This document shows positions 29,866-40,470 of a stretch of 64,000 bases of DNA, piece by piece. The stretch's first letter is position 1. Each line of letters starts with the position of its first letter. The notes beneath the pieces are model-generated. The model saw only the letters and a list, made by a program, of their open reading frames with translations. It was not told the origin of the DNA and ran no database searches. Both the position numbers and the translations under genes were made by a program. The DNA comes from Porphyridium purpureum (lineage: Eukaryota): the NCBI GenBank assembly GCA_008690995.1, contig VRMN01000004.1, forward strand, positions 1,736,001 to 1,800,000, in the 5' to 3' direction.

Positions 29866-31549
29866 TGCAAATGGATGCCACGCAAGTAGAACCGATTGCC
29901 AAGCCTCCACGCGCGGGTGATACTCCTGACGACTTTCCGCAGCCGCGCACACGCCCCTTCACTCGCACGCAAGCCCTCTGAGTCACCGCAGCTGCCCCAA
30001 ACTCGGCCGACTGTGTGCCGCTAAAACCCGCAGCTTCCACAACGCGAGCGGGATTTCGCTAGGTACAGTGCAAACTGGGGAAAAGTTGCGACGTGGGAGT
30101 GAGAGCGGTCGAGAACGCGAGAGGAATATCTTTGGCGCAGACTCTTGAAAAAGCGAACTCGCCCGATGATGCACAATTGAGGCGGCGCGAGCGAGCGTCA
30201 GACCTGCTGATTAGCTAGAGGTCGGCGCGACCGGGAACCGGGACGAGAACGGCCCGATCGGACGGTCGCGCGGAGGGTGCGATGATCCCGGCCTTCGGGG
30301 CTGCTCTATACAAAGGGCTAGTGCAGCCGCGCGGAGCAGGATTTGCCTGTCTTTAGAGTTACGGGCTTCAGCATTTAGCACCGGAATTTATTGGTACTAT
30401 AAAGGGGGCTTCTCGGAACAATGGCGTTTGCTGGGAGTGGAGCGGTTGCATGTGTGGGTCCGGGCCTGTTGGATTTACCACACAGACGCTGTAGCGGTGC
30501 GGCTCGGCGGCAGCACCCGAGCGTCGTCAAGGTTAGTGGCGCTGAAAGACGCAGCTTGGTGCCATGGGTGATTTCGCGCGGGCGTAAGCGGAGCGGCGAT
30601 GCATGGATAGAAAAGCGCGCGGCTTTGTAGAGCGAAAAGCGCGGAAACATCTGCTTGCAGCCAGGGAGTGTTGGTATTTTCTTGCTCGCTGTCTGGTACT
30701 TGGATACGTAAAGAAGGTAAAAGGTTGGATGAAACATGATTTTTGGCCTATCGGTTCCGCGGATCGCGTATGTTACTTTTTCAGTGGGTATATGCAATTG
30801 TAATGGACGATTGTGCACGCTTAGTTTGCAGTCGGTGTAGAGATACAGGCAAGCAGGTGCAGACTGTGATGCTTCCGCCGGCTCCATTCATCGGTCGTTG
30901 GTACTCAAAGTCGGAGGCGTGCTTCGAGGAGACTGCCCACTCGCGCAGCTGCGGACGGCCGTAGCATGAGTAGGAGTCGCAGACGCTTTCGGCTGGCCAT
31001 CGACGGTTGGTTTCTGAATACGGTTAGAAGGAGTGCGTTTTACGTCTTGAGTCTCACAGGGAAAGTGTTTGTTTTGTTGGGTTTTTTATTTGGTTTTGTT
31101 TTTGACGTTGTTGAGTACCTACAGAACCCTCAGGGCTGGTAAACTTGGAGCGGGTGCTCGTCCTCGGCTAAGAAGATCGCCTTTGTTGGTTAAGGTCCGC
31201 CCGAGAAGCAGTTGCCGGCCACGAGTAGGTATCATATGTCAAGCGCCCCCTGCTCCAGAAGCGAAGACGCGACATGCGCTAATTCACCACGACAGCACCG
31301 AGGAGCGCCCGACCGGCTGAGAGAAAGTTGGAATGAAGAAAAATGAAAAGAAGCAGCGCCTCGTCTTTCGGAGTGCGGCGGACAAAACAGAAAGGGCGTG
31401 GAATAAAGTGATGAAACTTTTCAGAAAAGGTGGTCCGTCACAGCACAGGACAAGTTGTACTGTAAAGTGTCGTTCGCGACCATTTTGCAAGAAACAACAA
31501 TTTTTTCCCAACCTTTCTAATTATAAAGACCGCTCTCTTTGTTATGTTC

Positions 31550-34500
31550 ACATTCCAGTGCACTCGCCGCATGTCACCGTCTCACACTCTGTCCGCACGA
31601 CCCGCGCCGCCAACACTTGTCTAACTTTTACATAACCGCATCTATCGTCACCTGGACGCAACCGCGCAGTACATGTCGCTCTATTCACGCGTCCCGTTGG
31701 CGCGCACCAATAGAACCTTCCGTCCATGACCACCAGACGCTACGCTTCCATCCTGTCCGTCTCTCCGACTCGCCGCTTCTTCAATTGCGTCCGCTCCAGG
31801 TCCGCGTCGTTCTGCTTTTTCAACAAACCGCCGTGAAGCGACTGCAACACGTACTAATCGAAGGTTCGTTGCGGCTCATCGCTTAGTCTTCCTTCCAGTT
31901 CGGTTACTTGTCTCGCGAGCTCAACCTTCAAATTGTTCAGCATGATTGGCGGCATTTGGCTCTCCTGCATCCACACAGGGCCTTGAGCTCCGCTCCTTCG
32001 AACCAAAAACTGAAGATCATTCTTACGCGACGGCTCTCTAATTCTCGCCGGAAGAATGCCTGCGTGTCCGGAAAAATCCCACTGATGGCGAGCCTCACTT
32101 GTGGACCAAGCACAGTTAAACAATTCACTTGACACCGAGCTACTTTGCCCGTCCTTTCGGACTTGAGCACCACATTAATCCATCACATATCCTCAAGTAT
32201 CACATACAGACCTCGCCACGGGTATCGTAACTTGCGACCGAGTCCCATGCTTGCTGGCGGGTCGAACAGTATGACGGGCCGGCCAGGCACAAATACGGAA
32301 TCGGCGGCCTTTACATAACACCATCGCTGAACCTGAGCTCGCCTAGCTCCCGCATTCGCAGGAATTAACTTCTCCAAGCGCTTGATGCTGCCTTCAATGT
32401 CAACTTCAGCGGCCGCTTGCTCCTCCGAGACAAACAAAATGTCCCTATCGAGCTCCGGAGTCGGCGTATCAAACATGGCATGGAACGGACTTACCTTTGT
32501 CGTGCCATGAATCGACGTATTGAAAGCGTACGTTGCCGCAGCCAAATGTTTATCCCACTGAGTGTCATCACTCAAAATCCGCGCCCTCACTTGACTACAC
32601 AAAGTTCGGTTATACCTTTCACCCGCACCGTTGCCTTGAGGACGATAGGCACTTGTAAACAAACGCTTCACTCCCAGCAAGTCACACAGTGCTGATGCCA
32701 CTTCCCCGGCAAAAAGCTGGTCCAGGGTCTGAAAGAATTTTCTCATAAGCTCCGAATCGACATGTCCACCCTTCCAGCATAGCTGCTGCTACGCTGTCCG
32801 CACTTTCGTCATGCAATAGAAGACGCACGACGTACCTGCTGGATAGGCTAGCTAAAACCAACACTTTCGAATTTCCTCGTATTGAAGCAGGAGAAACTGA
32901 GATCACATCCACCCCCACGATTTCAAATTTCCTCACAAGCACAAGTGGTGCCAAGGTCCTTTTCACACGCTGCAGACGCGGCATATTTTCAAGTCGACAG
33001 TGAACACACTTTTCAAGATACGCTGACACGGCTTCCTTCACCTTCAGCATGTAAAACCGCGTCTGTATCCGACGAATCATCCGATCACGTCCAAAATGAC
33101 CCATGAAAGCTGGACCATGAAAATATGTCATCACCCGAAGTACCAGTTCCATCGCAAGCCATGGCTTCTCTCAATCGGGCTCTTTCTTCACAATGATACC
33201 ATCCTCATTCTGCACAAAGCTCAGATCCTCATGCCACCTTGGCATCTCGCGGTTCTCGGCTGCCTTTTGCGCATCTATGAATTCCAATATTACCTGTAGT
33301 CCCGACCTTGCTTCAACCACTTCATCAAGTTCTTCTTCGCTTCTTGTCTCTTCATCCTTTTCATTCGCTCTATAATCCCGACTTAAACAGTCAGCAGCTT
33401 GCATCTGAGTACGCGGTTGGTACACCACATCCAAGTCCATTTCTTGTATTTATAGGAGCCATCGGGCTAGCCTGCCAGACAGCGACTTCTGTTTGAGCAG
33501 CCACGACAAAGCCTGATGATCCGTCACGTATTCAACTTTCTCCCCTTGCATGAAGCATCTTAACTTTGGACCACAAAACACGATGGCCAAAAGTTCCGTC
33601 TCAGACACGCTGTAATTCAACTCGGCCCCTTTCAATCTTCTGCTCACGTAGGCCAAAGGACAAAAAACTCCTCGAGCCTCTTCTTGAGTTAACACTCCTT
33701 CTAAAGCACCTGCGGAAGCATCAGCGAACAAACGTTTCTTCTTTCCTTGCTGCGGCGTCGTAAGTACATGTGCGCCAGCCAAAGCATCGCGCAGCTCTTG
33801 CCATGCAATCCTCTGGTTCTCACTCCATTTCTCGTCAAAATCTGGCACAACCACTGGCTGCCACTTTCCTCTTTTATTCTCGTTCTAGTGCGTGCCCCTG
33901 AGTTATTCCATGGCCCTGCAATGTCTGCAAACTGCGGAACGTGGATACTAAACCGATTGCACATCCCCAAGAACCTAAACAACGCTGCAGCATCCTTCGG
34001 CTCACTCGGCTTCTTAATCGCCTCTGTGCGAACCGAGCTCAGCTCTATACGTTGATACGAAACACGACGCCCCAACACATCAATATGATCCATCGTATAA
34101 GCACACTTGCGGAAATTTATCTTGGCTCCCTGTTCACGAAAATGGGCCAGAATCTTTGCCATCTCTCCCACATGCTCTGCCAGACTCTTCGACCCAACGA
34201 TAATATCATCCATGTACACTGTCACGGAATCTGTAAAAGGTCTTATCAAGTTCTCTGCTAACACGTTGCATCACAAATGGACTAGTGACTAAACCTTGAG
34301 GTATCTTGGCGTACATCACAAGACCTCGCACAGTCTTCACGGCCGTCAAAGGCCGACAAGCTTCCTCCAGCGCGACATTGAAAAGCCCATCTAAAAGGTC
34401 CAGAGCAGAAAAGACACGCTTCGTTGCCAAGATCTCGAGAATTGAATTCCTATCGCGCAATGGATAAATCTTTTTCAATGTCCTTTGATTCAGGTGCCTA

Positions 34501-36760
34501 AAGTCTGTCCTTATCCGCAGCCGTCCATCTTTCTTCTTGACGAACACATTAACTGCGCCCGATTCACTGCTCGGGCATGGGACCAGATTGCTTGCTGCAA
34601 GCTGCTTGTCAACCTCTTGCGCCTCCAGTACAACATCCACCGGAGACTTCCTTCTCTCTTTTACGTTGGTCAGAGTCGCATTCGGTTTCAACGTAATCCG
34701 CTATTCCTCCTCCTTCATACAACCGCTTCCCAGAAAAATATCAGCATATTCCAGTAGGATCTCTCGAAAACGTATGGCCAGTTCCACAAAGTGTCGTAAA
34801 TCTAATGCCCTGATAGCTTCCAAAACACCAGCCCGTTCCGAGTGTCCGATGTTATCCACCGATTCCACCCACGGTGACTGACCAGGATCAAATGGAAATA
34901 TTATTCAGATCCATCAGGCCTTAAGAAATGGGTGGCCTTCACCACACAATCCACGGTTGCTTTATGTCTCGCCAAAAAAACAAACTCACCAACAAAATCC
35001 CTGAGCGTAGCCTTGGCAGAATCTGCACACTTTCCTTGTTGAATCGGAGATAAGGTACCTTTAAATCAATCTACCCCATGGCACTCGCGGCCATGGCCCT
35101 TCCATCCGCTGCGAGGGGTGTTATTCCTGAATGGACTGGACATTCAGTGCCTTCCAACTTCTGGAAAAGCTGTCCATCCAAGTACGTGGGTCCTGCACTT
35201 GTGTCAATCTTTGCCATCAATGTGATATGCCCGCGCGATGTAGGCACTAGTACCGGTATTTGCATAGGCTCCTCATGATCTTGTTCTGCAACATTGTCAA
35301 GAATATCTTGACCCCAGTCCCACACTGAGTCAATCTCCCAATCATTGCCCTCCTCTGCTCGACTTCTGGTGCACACATTTGGCACCGGCACACAGAAACA
35401 CCCATGAACACAATCACGTTTTGCAATACCACATAGAGATACGTTATCCACGCTATCATCTTGCTCCTATATCCACAGGGAGTCTACGTCTATATCGGCT
35501 TTACCCAGGTTAATCCCATTGGACACTCCTTCCGCCACACGTAGTTCTTCAACAACAGCCGTTCCATTCTTCACCTGCACTTCTTGCACCCGGGCTCCAT
35601 TTCCTTTCCTCTCAGACTTGCAGTCCCCTCACTAGTTCTTTTTGAATCGTCAGGCATCTTTCTGTCCTTCTTCTTCTTTGGATAATTTTTCTTCGTATGC
35701 CTTGTCTCATTACGCCTCCAACACTTAAACGGTGGAGACGGGTTTCTTGGCCTTTCTTGATTCCCGGACATTTTATCCACTTGCAGCTTCTCGTGTGCTT
35801 GCATAACATCTGCATGCTATTCACCGAAGTCTACCTCATCAAGTGGAACCTTCCTCCCACGCTGTCGAGCCAACTTCTATCCATTCTTGATTGTCACACT
35901 CACCGTTTCGGCATAGCTTGCCCCGACAAGCAGCGACCAGTTCTGCAATGCAGGGGACAAACCACAGAGGAAGCGCGTCTTCATATCATGATCTCATGGT
36001 ACAACTATCTGACAAGTTGCCAGGTCTGCAACACGACTTGCGAAATCTTTCACATTCTCTCTGTCACCCACCCGCAACGATTTCCATCTCATCTTCATGT
36101 CATTGGCATGAACCAAATTGAAGAAGCGTTGCTCGATTCGCCGCACGATTTATTTAGGATCCTCGACCAGATATCTTGCCGTCAATTGCCACATGTATCG
36201 TTTCGTGTGCCCGCGAAACGCGAATCCGAGCCAAACCAGGCTCTGCTCCAAACGCACTGCTGGCATTCCCACAGGCGGCAATGTCTGCAACAACTTCAAA
36301 AGTCTCTGCTTCGCCGAGGAAAAATCTGGATCTCCCTCCCGTTCAATGGTCAAACCGTCAAATTCCTCCTTCCACAGCTTGGCCCTCTCAACATTCATTC
36401 TGACCGTGTGCTGGTGGGGCCCCAAGTCTTGACTGTGCGCTTCATCAGTACCCTGAAGAACAGCTGCTACCGGCGGCGAGGGTTCAAAGCCCATGCCTCC
36501 TCTTGCCCTGGCGTCAAAAGACGGCATGCCGGCCGTTACCGTTGGAACGCTTATTCTGTTGCCTTCTCCTTCCATGCTCAACCCAAATGACCAAGCGAAC
36601 CTCTGCTGATCGTATGGGACGCTGAGGCTACCAGATATACCGTTCTCACAGACTCACATTTTTCTTCCACGCTCTCCTTTGTTCACACCCAACAAATGAC
36701 GTTGCTACGAAGCAAACGCTGTTACCGGTTGTTTTTGAGAACGACCTCTTTTTTCTTTCT
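31550..36760 (-). mobile_element. Degenerate Ty3/gypsy LTR retrotransposon (element 1); boundaries approximate
   Basis: Fragmented gag (36581-35571, broken zinc knuckle), protease (AKIDTSAG, ~35200), RT (FSALDLLDG, VYMDD), RNase H (FADAS, NYSVSETE, TDHQAL) and integrase (GHFG, SD.G, PQGNG..ER.NRTL), in gypsy order. Many stops and frameshifts. No matching LTR pair found. Confidence 0.92.
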
Positions 36761-36763
36761 GAG

Positions 36764-37091
36764 TGTGATGACATCGCTGTACGCCCCAACGGCGAGACCG
36801 GCAGCGGTTCGGTCCCTGTCACCAGGGCGCCGCAACCGGTCGGGCTGGATGGAGACGCTCCGTTGGGGCAGCTAGTTCATCCGACGGCGAAGACGCGGGA
36901 GGGGGCGCGACCCCTCACCTCCACTCGGGCGACCCCTCCGCAGGGCCGTGCCCGCACGGCAGAAGCGAAGTGCAGTGCAGCGGCTCTATTTAAGAGCCAG
37001 CCTCCTCTCGCCTGGCGACTCGGCTCCACTTGGATACAGGAAAAGAGGTAGGGTCTTTCGGTTCAGTAAAAAAGGATGGCCTTCTACTACA
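36764..37091. repeat. Possible solo or shared LTR between two gypsy remnants
   Basis: TG...CA-bounded segment with TATTTAA at ~36987 followed by a purine-rich tract. A similar tgagaacgac.tc.tttt sequence occurs at 36736 and 37127. Confidence 0.3.
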
Positions 37092-37129
37092 ATCTGCACC
37101 ACGGCGCTGCCTCTACCTCTCATGACTGA

Positions 37130-37620
37130 GAACGACTTCATTTTTAATTACTCTTTTTATTACTTTTCTGAAACATTTTCGAGCCTTCTCTTATCCAAGA
37201 CTGCTACCCGGCTCATCTTCACACAGCAGCACACGCAATGCGCGTCACTGCGTTCTACCTTGTGCTCGCGACTCGCGTCACCACGGTTTTTAGCTCAGGC
37301 GACAGCTGAAAGTAATCACGCATTACGTGTCGATTTCAATTGTGATTCCCGTCGTCGCGCACCATCAAAGCCTCCTGTCTATGACCACCGAACGCTACGC
37401 TTACATCCCATTCGTCTCCCTCACTTGCCGCTTCTTTAATGGCGTCCGCTCCAGGTACGGTTCGTTCTGCCGTTTCAAAACGACGCATTAGAGTGCCCGC
37501 AACAAATTTGCTACGGCTTGCAGAATTCCATTTCTTTAAGTGTTCCTCATTACTTCCTCTGTGCTCTTCTTCTCTTTTCAGTCCCGTCGTGTCTTTTGCC
37601 ACGGTTCGTGCATTTGTGCC
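37130..37620 (-). mobile_element. Truncated 3' end of a second copy related to element 1
   Basis: 37392-37470 aligns by eye with 31737-31815 (acgctacgctt.catcc...gcgtccgctccaggt...cgttctgc). Confidence 0.75.
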
Positions 37621-38391
37621 CGAGGTCCGAGCCTCTCATTTGCTTCTCTGCACCCGTATGTGCAACTGCAGGCAGACGGGATTGGGGTCTCGTAAGGACA
37701 AAGTGCTGGGCTGGGAAGGGTAAGTGGCGGTTACGTACCAGAGGTGACCGCTTCGCGGCTCCTGGGTTAAAGCCGAAACCCGGTAGATGTATAAGAGCCT
37801 CTAGCGACCAGCTTGTATATTCGACACGACGCGCAGGAGAACGCCAGCGCAGATGAGACACGCGGTGCGACCAGGTTGAACATGCGCCCGACAAAGCTTT
37901 GCGAATACACGCTAGTTTTCCAAAAATGGCTCTTCTTTTCCGTGCACGCCTCTACCGTGCACGCCTCTACTGTCCACGCCAATTGCAGGAAACACAAGAT
38001 GTTGCGCTGGAAATAGTTCGCGCCACTTTTTCAAGTTTTGGCACAAGCAGCCGAGAAGGTAAGAAAAGGTTCTGACGCGGGTGTGCTTGCCCGGACTTCG
38101 CCACTGCTTCGATAGTTGTGCGTTGCCCAGGTGCTCAGCAAGGTGCGCGCCGCTTTGCCAGTCGCCATGGCTTTGACGTTTGGTTTCGGCGAGTTCTTGC
38201 CCGGGTCCATGCACGTCGCTGGTAGTCTTGTCGAAGCGGCACGATGGGCAAAGCCACAGGGAATGTGCGTGCTGCTGGCACGCGGCCTGGCTGGACAGCA
38301 TGCTCGACGCAGCGTCAGATCGGAGAATGACGCGTGTTACTCAGCCTTCGCACGCGTTGTGTGCGACAGGAAGAGCTTGATCGCTCACAGA

Positions 38392-40323
38392 ATGATGCGG
38401 CGTGGATTAAGGTCAGCTTTCGTAATGTGTGCGCAGTCGCAACCCCCGTCTTCGACATCGCACGACAATGCGAATCAGCGCGACCTGCCGGTGCGCACGC
38501 TACGCATTCGGCTGGAGCCGTCGCGCGACCATGTGATTCTGGCAGCGCTCGAGCCCTTCTATGGGCGTGGTGTCGACGGTGCGACCGACCGCGGCAATGA
38601 ACAAGAGAACATGAGTGATTCCGACCCTGGTGCGGCGGCGGCCGAGGCATTTGCACGCGAGGCTTTGCGGATTGGCGTACTAGCGCTGAATGTGACGAAC
38701 GTCGAGGTGTCAACTCGCGCACTCCACGAGGAGGGCACCCGACTTGTGCGTGAACTCAAAGATCAGCTCAATGAGCACACGGAGCGCGTGGACCATGGCG
38801 TCGCTCGTACGCTGGGCACGTACTTTGATCCGACCACAGGCCAATTTGAGCGACGTGTGCGCGCGCTTCTGGATGGAGACGATGGGGAGCTCGTCATGGC
38901 GCTTCGTACGCTCGTGGTAGGCGAGAACTCTGCTCTGAGCGCAACGCTGCGCGCGCACACAGCGCCACTGTTGGCTGTATTGGGTGGAGGTGACACTCAA
39001 AGTGCTAATACTGTGCAAGGGCGCATCGCAGACGCTGTGCAGCAACAACTAGATGCACAGCGTGAAGCAATTCTGGCGCAGTTTTCTCTGGATCTTCCAA
39101 ATTCAGCGCTGAACCGGTTTATTGCGAACCTGTCCGAGAGGCAGTACGCGAGCGCCGCGGCGCACGATGCACAGATGACACGGCTGCTCTCTCAGTTTTC
39201 GCTTGATGACAAGGCGTCTGGATTGAGCCGCATGCTGGCCGAAGTGAGTGCACTGACTGCCGCAAGCGCGCGTGAGAACCTGACACTGCGCGAAGGCGTG
39301 CTGCACGAGTTGTCACTGGACAACAAGGCATCAGCACTCAGTCTGATGTCTGGCCAGCTGGACGCGCGCATTGCCGAGCTTCGCCGCGAGAACAGTGCGT
39401 TTCAAAGCAACGTGCGCGAAAGCGTCCAACTTTTGCTTGATCGTGCTGCGTACGCCAAGGCGCAGCCGATCTCGACGCACGACGGCGTCGCCTTTGAGGA
39501 AGCTGTGTTCCGGAAGCTCGAGCGCATGTGCATGCCGCTCGGCGGTACGTGGCGCGTCGAGAGTGTCGGAAGCTCGCCAGGCGTGCTGCCGGGCAACAAA
39601 GTGGGTGATGTGCTGCTCTCGGACACCAGCACGCCGCAGCAGCGCATTGTGGTCGAAGTCAAACGCAGCAAGCAAGTGCGCTCCGTCGTGCAGGCTGCCG
39701 AGGAGCTTGACCGCGCGATGCTAAACCGATCCGCAGCCGTGGGCATGTACGTGTGGGCAAGGGACTCTGCGCCTCCAGGCATTGATGCTGAAATGGGAGC
39801 GGTGTGCCGGCTCGGCGAGCGTGGAGTGCTTGTTATCTATGAGCTTGACGAACAGGACGACCTTAGTCTGCGCATCGGCCTAGCTCTGGCGCGCGCACTG
39901 AGTGCCTTGGAGGCACAGCGCGCCGCCGCCGAGGCTGCGGCTGCCGAGCAGAGAGCAAATGACGAGGGTCAGTCGCACGCGCTTGCCGCGAGAGTGTGGA
40001 GCGAGGCGCAATATCGACAGCTCGAGAGCGCCATTGGTAAAGTGAACGAGCAAATGAAGAACGTGAGCAGCCTGGAGCGGAATGTGGTTGACGCAGACAA
40101 GCTGTCCCGTCGCCTGAGCAAGCACGTCGCCAGCCTGCGCGTCGGTCTCGAGGCAGCATTGAAAGACTTGCACGTCGCGCTGGACACAGTTGCCGTCAAC
40201 CTTGGGATGAACGAGCTGTCAGGCAGTGATCTCGAGGAAGAGAGTGGGAGCGACGATGATCAAGGAGACGGCGAGAAGCAGCAAAAGACAAAGGCAACCA
40301 GAAAGCGTGCATCAAAGAAATAG
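38392..40323 (+). CDS. Bacterial-type coiled-coil protein with three FSLD repeats and a C-terminal PD-(D/E)XK nuclease domain (RmuC/DUF2130-like)
   Basis: Intact ORF with ALRIGVLAL, YFDPTTGQF and three (F/L)SLDxxxSALxR repeats. These are followed by GVAFEEAV...KVGD...RIVVEVK...ELDRAMLNRSA. ATG at 38392. Confidence 0.8.
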   Translation: MMRRGLRSAFVMCAQSQPPSSTSHDNANQRDLPVRTLRIRLEPSRDHVILAALEPFYGRGVDGATDRGNEQENMSDSDPGAAAAEAFAREALRIGVLALNVTNVEVSTRALHEEGTRLVRELKDQLNEHTERVDHGVARTLGTYFDPTTGQFERRVRALLDGDDGELVMALRTLVVGENSALSATLRAHTAPLLAVLGGGDTQSANTVQGRIADAVQQQLDAQREAILAQFSLDLPNSALNRFIANLSERQYASAAAHDAQMTRLLSQFSLDDKASGLSRMLAEVSALTAASARENLTLREGVLHELSLDNKASALSLMSGQLDARIAELRRENSAFQSNVRESVQLLLDRAAYAKAQPISTHDGVAFEEAVFRKLERMCMPLGGTWRVESVGSSPGVLPGNKVGDVLLSDTSTPQQRIVVEVKRSKQVRSVVQAAEELDRAMLNRSAAVGMYVWARDSAPPGIDAEMGAVCRLGERGVLVIYELDEQDDLSLRIGLALARALSALEAQRAAAEAAAAEQRANDEGQSHALAARVWSEAQYRQLESAIGKVNEQMKNVSSLERNVVDADKLSRRLSKHVASLRVGLEAALKDLHVALDTVAVNLGMNELSGSDLEEESGSDDDQGDGEKQQKTKATRKRASKK

Positions 40324-40470
40324 CACTTTAAGAAAGAAAGACAAGACGTCTGCTACGTGGTTGGCGCTGCGCAAATCTTTTTTTGTTTTCCCGTGGCTGG
40401 GGATTCGTGCAAATTCAAAACGCGTCAAGCGCACTACTTCCTCGGAATAACTCGTCTAACATAATTTTAG

